DNA of 64,000 bases from Octopus sinensis (GCF_006345805.1 NC_043001.1:130944001-131008000), one strand, 5' to 3'. Shown: positions 1 to 13,494, counted from the first letter of the stretch. Numbers and translations: made by a program. The notes: a model not told the origin generated them from the sequence alone.

Positions 1-281
1 GCTTAAACATAAAAATACATACTCATACAAACACACATGCATGTATTCAAGTGCACACACAATAAAACACTCAGATGTATACACAGACACACACAATTAT
101 GAGTTTGTATGTGTATTTACACATACATATGGGCCTCCATGTATTTAAGTGGTGGTATATACATATGTGGTGGTATATACATACATGATGATATACACAA
201 TATATTTACACAGATATTTAGATATGTGTGCGCATGTGCATATATGTGTATATGCATATGAATATATGCATATGTTTATAT

Positions 282-466
282 GCGCAGGCGTGGTTGTGTG
301 GTAAGAAGATTACTTCCCAACCACATGGTTCCAGGTTCAGTCCCACTGAATGGCACTTTAGTCAGCCTGAAGCTATAGTAGAAGACGCTTGCCATGCAGT
401 GGGACTGAACCTGAAACCATGTGGCTGGGAAGCAAGCTTCTTACCACACAGCCACTCTTGTGCCTA
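282..466. mobile_element. Two converging partial 5' heads of the OK-like SINE (inverted pair)
   Basis: 282-357 reads gtggttgtgtggtaagaag...ggttcagtcccactgaatggcac (+). 358-466 is the reverse complement of the same head (cagtgggactgaacc...ttaccacacagccactc). Confidence 0.8.
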
Positions 467-497
467 TATAAACATATATATATATGTGTGTGTGTGT

Positions 498-745
498 AGA
501 GGTGCGTGGCTTAGTGGTTAGCGTGTCAGCACCATGATCGTAAGATTGTGGTTTCGATTCCTGGACCGGGCAACACATTGTGTTCTTGAGCAAAACACTT
601 CATTTCATGTTGCTCCAGTCCACACGGCTGGCAAAAATGAATAACGCTGTGATGGACTGGCGTCCCATCCAGCTAGTTAACACATACACCATAGAAACTG
701 GGAAACCGGGCCCATGAGCCTGTCTAGGCTTTAAAAAGGAAGATT
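498..745 (+). mobile_element. tRNA-derived SINE with V-SINE-like body
   Basis: A-box-like gtggcttagtggtt and B-box-like ggtttcgattcc, then gtgttcttgagcaaaacactt and gatggactggcgtcccatccag. The superfamily name is from memory. Confidence 0.7.
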
Positions 746-810
746 TATTTTTTTTATTTTATATATATGTATATATATATATTTACATATACACATGCAC
801 ATATATATAC

Positions 811-1038
811 GGCGAGCTGGCAGACACGTTAGCGCGCCGGGCGAAATGCTTAGTGGTTTTTCGTCTGTCGTTACGTTCTGAGTTCAAATTCCGCCGAGGT
901 CGACTTTGCCTTTCATCCTTTCGGGGTCGATAAATAAAGTACCAGTTTCGCACTGGGGTCGATGTAATCGACTTAATCCCTCTGTCTGTCCTTGTTTGTC
1001 CCCTCTATGTTTAGCCCCTTGTGGGCAATAAAGAAATA
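811..1038 (+). mobile_element. SINE family A (ggcgagctggc...aataaagaaata)
   Basis: tRNA-like head, central gactttgcctttcatcctttcggggtcgataaa domain, tail ttagccccttgtgggcaataaagaaata. Many copies in the window. Confidence 0.9.
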
Positions 1039-1101
1039 TATATGTATATATACACCCATACACATATGTACATATATATGTGTGTGTGTGTGTATATATA
1101 T

Positions 1102-1374
1102 CGCCGCAACCGCCAGGCTATCAGATGTTGCTACACATCGCTGGTCACAATGCGCTTCGCATTGTTTTAGCCTTCAAATGACGCCACCCCGCTGGCTAAG
1201 CGAGGAGGCCAACAGAAGAAAGAGTGAGAGAAAGTTGTGGCGAAAGAGTACAGCAGGGATCGCCACCATCCCCTGCCGGAGCCTCGTGGAGCTTTTAGGT
1301 GTTTTCACTGGGAATCGAAACCGCAATCCTACGACTGCGAGTCCACTGCCCTAACCACGGGCCATTGTGCCTCC
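1102..1374 (-). mobile_element. tRNA-Arg-derived SINE (OR-like, short form)
   Basis: Reverse complement begins ggaggcacaatggcccgtggttagggcagtggactcgcagtcgtaggattgcggtttcgattcc. It shares head and body with 61242-61620 but has a different 3' part. Confidence 0.8.
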
Positions 1375-1414
<40 letters not shown>

Positions 1415-1824
1415 GAAATATATAAACTTACTGCCACACATGCATGTATAAACAATCACCAGTACACAAATAGACATGTATTCGTGAATGTCAGATTCTT
1501 AAAAATAAACATCCCTGCATGGTAATAAATTCCAGGGATCACTTGATGAATCCCACTCACCCCACTTTTTCTTCCACCACCACCACCACCACCACCACCC
1601 CCCTCTGCCTCTCCACTCGTTTCTTCAAGGTAACTCTGAGATTAACATCTCCCTGTGCCCACTTCTTCTTCGTTAGATTACTTTCATTAAAGCAGACATT
1701 ATTTAAATTACTACTCAGCCTTTATTTTTCAGCTTCGCTGCTACAATCTCACTAATGAAGCAGTAGTTGTTGTTGTTGTTGGTGGTAGTGTTGGTGGTGA
1801 TGGCGATGGTAATGGTAATGATGG

Positions 1825-2036
1825 CGTTAGCATGCCAGGCGAAATGCCTGGCAGTATTTCGTCTGCCGTTACGTTGTGAGTTCAAATTCCGCCGAGGTCG
1901 ACTTTGCCTTTCATCCTTTCGGGGTCGATAAATTAAGTACCAGTTACGCACTGGGGTCGATGTAATCGACTTAATACCTATGTCTGTCCTTGTTTGTCCC
2001 CTCTGTGTTTAGCCCCTTGTGGGTAATAAAGAAATA
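1825..2036 (+). mobile_element. 5'-truncated SINE family A with 11-bp TSD
   Basis: TSD ggtaatgatgg at 1814-1824 and 2037-2047. Confidence 0.9.
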
Positions 2037-2629
2037 GGTAATGATGGTGGTATTTGGATCTGAGAAAGCTTTGATGAAACAGACCTATGATGAACTGCAT
2101 TACAACCATGCCCATCCTTCCTTACTTTGAGAAGGTTCTGCATTGGAATACGCTGTCTAACGTTCCTGTTTTTCTCTTTTTTATGTTTGTTATTTGTAAT
2201 AACAGAAAGAGACTTAGCTACTCTTTTCAGTAGGTCATTTGGCCATGTGGAGGCATCCTTGTTAGTTTGTTCTTGTAGTTGTTATTTCCATTGTTATAGT
2301 TAAGGTGAGAGGGGGGAAGAGAGGGAGAGGGGTAGGGGAGAGAGGGGGACAAAGAGAGGGAGGGGAGAGAGAAAAAGAGAGATAGTGTAAGGCAATATTC
2401 CAGTATCGCTGCAGTCAAATGGCTGAAACAAGTGAAAGAATAAAAAAGATAAACCATTGATTCGACTAAAAATATTTCAAGCAGTGCCCCAGCATGGCCA
2501 CAGTGTAATGACTGAAACAAGAAACAATGAAAAAATTTGAGAAAACATATGGCTGAGAGGATGCATTGTTAAAAAGTTCCTTTCCCAACCAAGGGATCCC
2601 AGTTGTGTTCTACCACACAGCATCTAGAG

Positions 2630-2927
2630 AAGCGGTTCTTAATGGGGTCCATGAAAGTAAAATAGTATACTGGGGCTCCATAATAGTATATTAAGGGTCC
2701 ATGAAAAAATTTTGATTTAGGTTTATTTATTGGAAAAAACAGCCAGGTTTCTTTCTCTAATGTTTTACATGGTTCAACCTACACATGTGAATGTGTGAAA
2801 AAACTAAAATGGGGATTTTGAAAGAAGTATCTATAAAACTAGCTTTTGAAAATCGAATGGCTACAGGGATCTGCCAGAGTAAAATGGTAATCAAACATAG
2901 ATTTAAGAAAATGTTTCAGGACCACTG
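2630..2927. mobile_element. hAT-type MITE (non-autonomous)
   Basis: Degenerate TIRs aagcggttcttaa / tttcaggaccactg. 8-bp TSD atctagag (2622-2629) / atctagaa (2928-2935), matching the NTCTAGAN target typical of Charlie-like hATs. Confidence 0.7.
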
Positions 2928-2983
2928 ATCTAGAATGAGTAGCTTCTAATACAGCATCAGGTCAACCAAAGCCTTATCTTTCT

Positions 2984-3201
2984 TTCTTTTATCTTTTACT
3001 TGTTTCAGTCATTTGACTGCGGCCATGCTGGAGCACCGCCTTTAATCGAGCAACTTGATCCCGGTACTTATTCTTTTTGTAAGCCCAGTACTTATTCTAT
3101 CGGTCTCTTCTGCCGAACCACTAAGTAACAGGGACATAAATACACCAGCATCAGTTGTCAAGCAATGCTAGGAGGACAAACAGACACACAAACACACACA
3201 G

Positions 3202-3244
<43 letters not shown>

Positions 3245-3410
3245 TACGACAGGCTTCTTTCAGTTTCCGTCTACCAAATCCACTCACAAGGCTTTGGTTG
3301 GCCCGAGACTATAGTAGAAGACACTTGCCCAAGTTGCCACGCAGTGGGACTGAACCCGGAACCATGTGGTTGGTAAACAAGCTACTTACCACACAGCCAC
3401 TCCTGCACCT
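2984..3410 (-). mobile_element. OK-like ~410-bp SINE with internal (TA)n/(TG)n
   Basis: Full head, internal microsatellite and tail (ttttacttgtttcagtcatttgactgcggccatgctggagcaccgcc on +). Confidence 0.9.
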
Positions 3411-3472
3411 TATGATAGAATTTGTTAGAAATCAAAAGAAGCCTATTTTATTTGTGTATGTGTGTGTGAGTG

Positions 3473-3519
<47 letters not shown>

Positions 3520-5180
3520 ATGTTGATGTGCTTGATTATATCTGCATTCTATGAAAAGTTGCTCCAAGGGGTGCTGTGTTTCTACATCTTCAATGAAATT
3601 GTTTGTTCATTTTACACCTTGAAAGTTAAGTAAAACAAGAGATCCCTTACTTGAAAAAAAATAGAAAAAGGGTAAATGACAGAAAGAGCTTCTATCCATA
3701 AAACAAGACCTCAATAATATATTTGTCAAACCCACGATAGCAAGAAAATTGAATGAACATATATATGTGTGTATATGTATGTGTGTGTTTGTGCATGTTT
3801 GAGTTTGCATAAATGTATATGAGTATGTGTAGAGACACATATATGTAAATTTATAACGTATGCAGATACACACATATATACATACATACAATGCACACAA
3901 ATACATAAACACATACACACAACACACATACATGTACATATATAAACACATACACACAACATACACACAAATGTACATATATAAACATATACACACATAC
4001 ATATATAAATACATACAAAGCACACACCTACATATCCTCAAGTGCTTCTAACTAAACACACGATCAAAGACGGAACATAGACTTCCCTCCTGTACATTCT
4101 ACACGATCTCTTTAGTCTTTTGTTTCTAATCCAAAGTAAAACCAAACATTTCCTTGCACCCAGTAAACGAAGAAGACATACATGAGTAAAGAAACAAAAG
4201 AGTAAAAAAGAATAATAACCATAAAAACAACTGCTAACACACTTTATTTGGATCTCATGACAAAATACACAAAATGCTGAAGCAAACTTGAAATGTCCCT
4301 TTGACAGAAATAAGCTGTAGATATTTACCCCACGCTCAAGAATTATCATTCTTGGTATTTATCCTTGACAAATGCCATCACACACTTAACACAAAGTTTA
4401 CTTTACTTACCAAAAATGCCATTTTTTTCTTGTCTTTTATTTTAGATATATTCTTGCTTGTATTTTTTTTTTTTTTTTTCAATCAATATCTACTTGTAGC
4501 AAGCACCAAAGAGCAAGAGATAAGTTTACTGACAACATTCCTCTCACTCTAAGACTCCTTCTTGCACACACAGAAGAGGGGGAAAAAAAAAAGAAAAGAA
4601 AAAAGAAAAAAAATGTGAGGAAAAAAAATGGCTGAGCGGATAAGGTTCTGAACTGCTTATTTAGAGAAAATGAGTTGAGATTTCACAGGAAGAATTTTTT
4701 CATGTGATAGGAAGTCAGAAGTAAACTGATTTCTGCAATACTGTTAGGAATTAGGAATTGGAATAAAATTTATTTGTAATACACTGGTGACATAAAGAAG
4801 AGGTAATTCTTTTTTTGAAATGCTGGATCTCAAAGCAGCAGAAATATAAATAATCCTTTCTACTGTAGGCACAAGGTTCGAAGTTTTGGAGGGAGGGGGC
4901 TAGTCAGTTACATCAATCCCAGTGTATAACCGGTACTTATTTCATCAACCCCGAAAGGATGAAAGGTAAAGTCAACCATGGCAGAATTTGAACTCAGACC
5001 GCAAGGACGGACAAAATGCCACTAAGCATTTTGCCTGGTGTGCTAATGATTCTACCAGCTCACAGCCTTTCTAAAATATAAATAATGGTTTCAAATTCTA
5101 GCACAAAGCCAGCAATTTCGGGGGAAAGGTAAGTTGATTACATTGACTCCAGTATGTAACTGGTACTTATTTTATCAAAA

Positions 5181-5410
5181 GGCGGTGAGCTGGCAGAATC
5201 GTTAGCACATCGGGCGAAATACTCAGCGGTATTTCGTCTGCCGCTACGTTCTGAGTTCAAATTTCACCGAGGTTGACTTTGCCTTTCATCCTTTCAGGGT
5301 CAATTAGATAAGTACCAGCTACACACTGGGGTCAATATAATCGACTTAATATGTTTGTCTGTCCTTGTTTGTCCTCTCTGTGTTTAGCCCCTTGTGGGTA
5401 GTAAAGAAAT
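5181..5410 (+). mobile_element. SINE family A inserted into an older antisense family-A copy, 15-bp TSD
   Basis: TSD tggtacttattttat at 5161-5175 and 5411-5425. The flanks (about 5080-5470) join into an older minus-strand copy. Confidence 0.9.
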
Positions 5411-6174
5411 TGGTACTTATTTTATTGACCCCAAAAGAATGAAAGGAAAAAAATCGACCTCAGTGGACTTCTTGTAGTTTCTATCAACCACATACACTCA
5501 CAAGGCTTTGGTCATCCCAAAGTAATAGTAGAAGACACTTGCCCAAGGTTCCATACAATGGGACAGAACTCAAGACCATGTGGTTGGGAAGCAAGCTTCT
5601 TACTACACAACCATGCCTGTGCCTATATATATATTTTTTACCTGTTTCAGTCATTAAACTGCAACCAGGTTGAGGCACAGACATCATCATTTAATTTACT
5701 CTACAGCTGGATGCTCTTCCTGTCTCCACCCCTCTACTTCTTCAGGCAGGCATAGCACAATGGCTACACCTGATTTCACAGCAGACTGCAAATGAGTGAT
5801 ACTGTTTGTATGACAGTGACATTAATTTACGATCAGTTTATAATGACACAAGCACACATACACACTTTTACTCTCTGTCTTACACACATGTATATATTTG
5901 CTGAGTTTTCTTTTTTTTTCATGTCTACTGAATCCATACACAAGGCTTTCAGTGGCCCAAGATGCATACATATATTATATATATGTATTGTGTTTGTGGC
6001 TGTGTATCTATGTGAGTTTTTCAAGTGCATGCACATGTGTATATCTCTATATATATAAACGGCAAAATGTCGGTGTATCTGTGTGTCTGTGTGTCCTTAA
6101 TACAAATCCACAGTTTTTCATGTAAAAGGCTCGCATTTCCTATGGGCTTTCAAAACTGTCTGAGAGTGGTCGTG

Positions 6175-6482
6175 AAGATTTTTTCATTTCCCCGGTCACC
6201 CCAGAAAGCCATTAAAAAAATCCTCAAGGTGAAAATGCAGCCCTAAGGTTGCTGTTTAAAGACTATTGTAGTGATCCAGAGTGAACTACAGAAGGTCCTT
6301 GACTTGCTTACAGAAAACAACTTCCAGGTCATATTCCAAAAGTAGCAGGAAAGCTGGAACCAGTGTACTGCTGCACAAGGTTACTATATCGAAGGAGATG
6401 ATGTAAAATATTAGGTGAATAAGATTTTTTTTATTAAACATTACTTTTCATGCCACCTTGGGAACCTTTTGATACCACCTCG
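6175..6482 (+). mobile_element. Mariner (Tc1/mariner) transposase 3' relic with right TIR
   Basis: Translates as ...KTIVVIQSELQKVLDLLTENNFQVIFQK*QESWNQCTAAQGYYIEGDDVKY*, matching the mariner C-terminal FQKW..RW.KCI...G.YFEG pattern. It ends in aaccttttgataccacctcg followed by TA. Confidence 0.8.
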
Positions 6483-7405
6483 TAATTCTTTTTTCCCAAA
6501 TAAATTGCACTTCATATTCAAGACTGCGATGAAGCTATAGCGTGTTATTCAGGCACTCAACTATGAGTCTACTGCACCTTATCGCAGAAACAGCTGTAAG
6601 CTAATGAAGCTCATAACACCACTATTGTTCTTCCAGTGTCATCTCTTTGTTTTATTCTATATAGACATTCATATATACATTACACACATACATATCAATG
6701 TGTGACTGAGTGTACAGTGTCAACAACTGAATGGAATTGTATGAAAGAAGTATAGCATTGGTTCCAAAATAATTATAATATTATTTCTAGTGGTGGTAGT
6801 ATTGTTTATTATTATTATTATTATTGTTATTATTATTATTATCATTATTATTATTATCATTATTATTATTATTATTTTCATCATCATTATTATTATTGTC
6901 ATTGTAGGAATCTACTTCTTGTAGCTGTTGTGTTTTTTATGTGACAAATTGTTTAGAGATAAGATTTTTATCCTTCAGACAAGTTATAAATAGCCCGGCA
7001 ATGACAAATGGAACATTGATTTGATGGAGTTGCTGTTTCACTTTTGTTAGAATTCCATTGTTGTGGCATTGTTGAAAACCGAAATGAAACTTCTGAATGC
7101 CGTATTGGAATAAACTGAATGAAAACGCCCTGTCTCTCCATGGCAGTTTAAGTAAAATAAATAATGCCTGCATGTAAATAATATGTACATATTGCTTGCC
7201 AGTCGGAGCAGCAGAGCTAAAGAAATAAACATATGAAAAATAAACAACTTTGGAACATTGAAAATCTATTTGCACGTATATTCACATACGTACATGAATA
7301 TATACGCAAACACACACGCACACACGGAGAAATGAATAACAGCACAGAAAAATATTGTTTAATTTGAATTTAAACAATTCAATTCCAAACATTGGAAATT
7401 TCTTT

Positions 7406-7442
<37 letters not shown>

Positions 7443-7459
7443 TAATAATATTATTATTG

Positions 7460-7667
7460 TTACAATCCTAAACATAAAGTTATATATATATATATATACA
7501 TATTAAATGTATATACATATATATATTATTAAACATGTATATATGTATTATTAAATAAACCCACATACACATATCTATCTATCTATATATAAATATTCAT
7601 ATATATATTATTAAATAAACACACACACACATATGTACACACACAAAGACATATATGTACCTATGTA

Positions 7668-7709
<42 letters not shown>

Positions 7710-7734
7710 ATATATATAAAAATAGATATACATA

Positions 7735-7780
<46 letters not shown>

Positions 7781-7832
7781 GATATACATATATTTATATA
7801 TATATATATTATATATATATATATATAAATAG

Positions 7833-7870
<38 letters not shown>
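7460..7870. repeat. (TA)n-rich compound microsatellite with higher-order repeats
   Basis: Long TA runs with aaatagatatacatat recurring three times about 55 bp apart. Confidence 0.9.
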
Positions 7871-7871
<1 letters not shown>

Positions 7872-8690
7872 CATAAAAACCTTCTGAAATTTATTCAAGT
7901 TACTAGCCTATTGAAGCTTTAATCTTTTGAATATTTTCCGAAGTTAGAACCCATAATATGAATAGCATTTCACACACTTGTTTACTTTATCGTCTTTGAT
8001 AATCCATACATTATAAAGAAAACTACAGCATGAATTACATACACCAACTGCAATATAATATTTTGCACTACAGATTATATATTCCAACTTCAAGAGTATT
8101 ATGACATGTGGTTTATATTACAATATACAGTGTATTACATCATACAATGAATATTCCGCAATTCCTGAAAGTATACGGTTTGGTGATTAGGGATGATGGG
8201 CCCCATAGTCATAAGGTTGATTCCTGGACCAAATTGTTCAGATTTCATATTGCCCCAATCTATTCAAATAAAAAGAAAGAAAAAAAGAATACCAGCTGAG
8301 AACTAGTACATCTCCCCTCTCTCCCTCTATGTATGTATGTATGTGTGTATGTATGCATGCATGTATGTATGTATGTATATATTTTTGTGTCTGTCTGTCA
8401 ATATGTCCGACTGTGGCTGTTATAATCAAGATTTTCTGCTTTGCTGGCGGGTCGAGAGTGTGTCTATGTCTGCACATGACTAGACAGTATTTTCACGTAA
8501 TTAGCAAATGTGTAGTACAGGCTACTAAATCATATATATATATATATATATATTTGAGTAGTTGAATGAATTATCTTGTTATGGATAATTCGGTTAACCG
8601 ACACCTGGGTAGCAAATTCACATCAGAGAAGACACATTTGAAGTTACATGCTTTCATGTGGAAATTTGTATGTTATTTTTAAAAATATAG

Positions 8691-8924
8691 ATATATGAAA
8701 GAATGGAGTTGAACAACGAATTAACAAAATTCCTTTATTTTCGACATAAGTTTCGAAGGCTGCATATTCCTAATTGTGAAGGAATAAGGAGTATAAGGAA
8801 TAAGGAGAAAGCGGCATAATATACTCCTTATTCCTTCACAATTAGGAATATGCAGCCTTCGAAACATATGTCGAAAATAAAGGAATTTTGTTAATTCATC
8901 GTTCAACTCTATTCTTTCATATAT
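8691..8924. repeat. 105-bp-arm fold-back palindrome
   Basis: 8691-8795 is the reverse complement of 8820-8924 with 4 mismatches and a 24-nt spacer. Confidence 0.95.
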
Positions 8925-8925
8925 T

Positions 8926-8958
<33 letters not shown>

Positions 8959-9014
8959 TATATATATACACACATATATATATATATTATATATGTGTGT
9001 GTGTGTGTGTGTGT

Positions 9015-9344
9015 GAAGGCACGTGGCTCAGTGGTTACGGCGTCGAGCTTACAATCGTGAGGTTGTGAGCTCGAATCCCTGACTGGGCTGCATGTTGTGT
9101 TCTTGAGCAAGACACTTTATTTCACGTTGCTCCAGTTCACTCAGCTGTAGAAATGAGTTGCGACGTTACAAGTGCCAAGCTGTATCGACCCCTGTCTTTC
9201 TCTTGGATAACATTGGTGGTGTTGGAGGCCGGTATGCATGGGCGACTGCTGGTCTTACATAAAAAAAACCTTGCCCAGACTTGTGCCTCAGAGGGTAACT
9301 CTCTAGGTGCAAGCCCATGGTCAGTGTCTGACTGAAGGGGGTCA
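9015..9344 (+). mobile_element. tRNA-derived SINE (family C2)
   Basis: Head ggcacgtggctcagtggtt...tcgaatcc, body gtgttcttgagcaagacact. Same family as 52648-52980 (+) and 15460-15740 (-). Confidence 0.85.
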
Positions 9345-9679
9345 TATATACATATATATATAATATATATATATATTTGTATGTGTGTATAAATAGTAGA
9401 AAATGAATTAAGCAGCATTCTTCATTGCATAACATTACAATTGTTTCAACATTGATTCACCAGTAAAAACATTGATGTGACATTTCACCTGTCTTTGCAT
9501 TCTGAGTTCAAATTCTGCGATGGTCGACTTTGTTTCTCATCCTTTTAGAGTCAATAAATTAAGTACCAGTGAAACACTGGAGTTGATGTAATCGACTATC
9601 CTATTTCCCTAAATTTCAGACCTTGTGCCTAGAGTAGAAAGGATTATTATTATTATTATTATTATCATTATTATTATTC

Positions 9680-10192
9680 ATCAACATCATTGTTCGACCA
9701 TGGTCGAGACAATGGAACTTACTATGCTATGCCAGACTTCATGGTCCATCATAGCATTACGGAGGTCCTGTTGCTGGATGCCTGTATCCCTGGAGATTAC
9801 ATCAGGGTAGAAGAGTGTGCGCCATCTGGTATCGCGAGTAGATGGCTTCCAGAGGAGAAGAGCAGAAATTACCTCGTTTTCAGCTCTACAACAATGTCCA
9901 GCAAACTGGGCTCTTCTACCTTTCACAAGAGATGACACAGGTGGTAGTTTCCCATATATTTGTACTTTGGTTGGATGACGCTTCCACAAGAGATTTTGAG
10001 CTCTCATAAGGAAGCGAGTGTAGGTTCCATCCAACCACCTCACAAGCTTCTTTGATAACGTCCAGGTTTCTGAGCCATATAGTAGAAATGGTTCGACTGT
10101 GGCTTTGAAGATTTTAAATTTGAAATCTCTACTTGGATTTGATGACCAGATCTTATGCATATCGTTACAGGCTGACCAGGCCATACCCTTTC
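9680..10192 (-). mobile_element. RTE-clade LINE, 5'-truncated 3' end of ORF
   Basis: ORF 9687-10184 (AWSACNDMHKIW...FKATVEPFLLYGSETWTL...RRAQFAGHCCR) is a typical RTE post-RT C-terminus. It sits between two (ATT)n tracts. Confidence 0.9.
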
Positions 10193-10842
10193 TAGTTATT
10201 ATTATTATTATTGAGACGGTGCACTGGTAGAATTGTTAGCATGTGAGGCAAAATGCTTCGCAGCATTTCATCCAACTTCACTTTCTTAGTTCAAAATCTG
10301 ATGAGGTCAACTTTGCCTTTCATCATTTTGGGGTTGATAAAATTAGTACCACTTGAACACTAAGCTGAATGCAATCAACTTACTCTTCCCATGTAACTGC
10401 TGGCCTTGTGCTAAAATTTGAAACCATTATTATTATTATTATTATTCCAGCAACACTGGTGAATTTCCTTTCTTCAGGTTGGCATATTGTGTTATGTGAC
10501 AAAACATGTTACTCAATCCATTCTTTGATATTTATATTTTTGTATTAACTCAATGGATTATAGAATCACAGGAGCATATCCAGTGATACGATCACTCACA
10601 CTGTAAGACAGTATTTGTTAGCCGATACCTGTAGGTGAGATGTGTAAAGCAAACAAGGTTTATACCCAAATATAATTTGCACACATGCACACACATACCT
10701 ATTATTTACTTTCAGGTGTTTTTAACATCAGACATATTGAGAATATTCCCTTACGCCTAAAACACAGCCGACCCATGAACTAACAACACATACACCTTGT
10801 GTAAGTGTGTTCAATTATATATATATATATATATATATATTT

Positions 10843-11072
10843 AGGGTTCAGCAAAAAATTTTACTTTACCACACGCAAGAAGAGTCTCTTCTTATAGTAG
10901 AGGAAATAGCTATATTCTGTAGCTGTTATTTCTAAAAGTTCGGTGTGTGGTAAAGTAAATTATATAAAGTAATGTTTTAAATATACCGTAAATGGTCTTT
11001 TTACATACTGAACACTACTTGGTAAAATTATTAATTACTAATTAATTAATTTTACCCTTATTATTATTGACA
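10843..11072. mobile_element. Unclassified TA-flanked repeat (family shared with 39000-39220 and 48078-48270)
   Basis: Shared aaatggtc...catactgaa...cttggtgaaatt...aattaattttaccct segment. Internal inverted repeat tttactttaccacac / gtgtggtaaagtaaa. Confidence 0.7.
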
Positions 11073-11956
11073 ATATATATATATACATACAGGTGCAGGT
11101 ATGGCTGTGTGGTAAGAATCTTGTTTTCCAACCATGTAGTTCCAGGTTCAGTCCCACTGGACAAGTGTCTTCTACTATAGCCTCAAGCCTACCAAAATTT
11201 TGCGAGTGGGTTTGGTAGATGGAAACTGACAAAAATCCCATTGTGTGTATGTGTACATGTGTGTCATTGTATCTGTGTTTGTCCCCTACCACCATCTGAT
11301 GAGGAGTGTTGGTTTGTTTACACCCCATTATTCTGCCCTGACTTTATGATTAGAATTTCAACAACCCAACCACTAGGTCTTAACTATATTACACATGTGT
11401 TTGAAAAGCTGTAAATAGTGAAAGCACTTAACACAATATAAAAACTTCCTTCCAAGACGTTTGTCTTTCTGCTTTTGTTTTTTTAAGATTATTTCAAATA
11501 ATTAATAAATTTTTAAGAAAATCTTTCTTCAAATATTGCGACTGCAGCAAGAAATCTTTGTAAAAATATTCTTTTGAATATACAAATATATAAATGCACA
11601 CAAATATAAACAGACAGACACACACACACCATACACTCAAACACAAGTACATATTATTTAGGTTATTAAGAAGAAATCTGATATGTATTTATTTACATTA
11701 AATGTTTACATTTCGGGTGCCAGGCACAAGATAAGTAAAAGATGATAAAGAAAAGCATAAATCAATATTCTTATTCTATTTCAATCATTTTATATTTTAT
11801 ATATATGTCATGGATATACAATATAAACAGATGCGCACATGTAAATACTACAAATATATGGTCGTGTGTGTATACCTATGTATACATATACATTTCTCAC
11901 ATATACACATGTATATGCATATATAATGTGTGTGTGTATATATATATATGTATATA

Positions 11957-12045
<89 letters not shown>

Positions 12046-12411
12046 CACACGTATGCATGCATATGTGTGTGTAGGTAAGTAGATAGGTCTGTAAACACAT
12101 TCATATGTTTAAATAAACAACTTAGATCATTTAATAAACGGGATCATATGTCTAAGTAGGGAAGAGTATATATATAAGTGTGTGTGTGTGAGTATATCAT
12201 ATATACATGCATACATGTATGTACTGAAGGGGAGAGAAAGATAAAGATAGTTAGATAGAAATATAGATACATGTACATCATATATATATATAATATATAT
12301 TCATGTATTACAAATTTATATATACATACACATATGTGCATGCTTGTATACAAACATACACACATGCACAAACACTTTGCATCATTAAATGTTGATACAT
12401 TTGTATGTTTT

Positions 12412-12465
<54 letters not shown>

Positions 12466-12616
12466 TACACACACACACATATATATATATATACACACAC
12501 ACGTACACACAATATAAACATTCAAAATGTGTTTAATTAACGTTTTTTGTCTCACATACCTTCTCTCTCTTTGTCTGTTTCTCTCCCTCTCTCTTACACA
12601 CACATGTGCGTGTGTG

Positions 12617-12658
<42 letters not shown>

Positions 12659-13113
12659 CAGTCATATAAACACTCACATATACACTGGTCTAAATACTTT
12701 TATCTACATGTGATTATATAGGTTATATATAGACAGATACTTATATTGATACACAGATATTGAGTTCAGCTTTTATTACATACATGCATACAGACATATG
12801 CATGTATACACACACACACACACACTGAAGCACATGACTTTTTCCAACCATAAACGGCTAATGAATGATAAATGGTAAGTTTCAAATAATTTTAACATAT
12901 TTTTAACAAACATTTTATTGAGATTATTTGACAGGAAAAGTTTGATGATGGAGTGTTATATGAAAGTAATATTAGACAAATATTTTCATAAACTAAGTTT
13001 GCAGCATTGTAAATATATCTACTTTAAAAATATTATATTTACTGAGTGTAGTCTTTAAGCCCATTATTATTCTTACTGGTTTTGCACACACACACACACA
13101 CACAGATATATAC

Positions 13114-13167
<54 letters not shown>

Positions 13168-13232
13168 TCATATATATCATATATATATACATATATATAT
13201 ATACATATATATATATACATATATCAATATAC

Positions 13233-13342
<110 letters not shown>

Positions 13343-13413
13343 GATATATATATACACATATATATATATACATATATATATATATACATATATAAGATAC
13401 ATATATATATATA

Positions 13414-13464
<51 letters not shown>

Positions 13465-13494
13465 ATACATACATATATATATATATATATATAC

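Noticed and set aside
7049-7120. Tetraspanin-like FHCCG after ttttgttag acceptor (+)
   Set aside because: The frame stops 22 codons later with no donor or further tetraspanin motifs.
6937-7275. 112-aa minus-strand ORF
   Set aside because: No recognisable domain or convincing splice sites.
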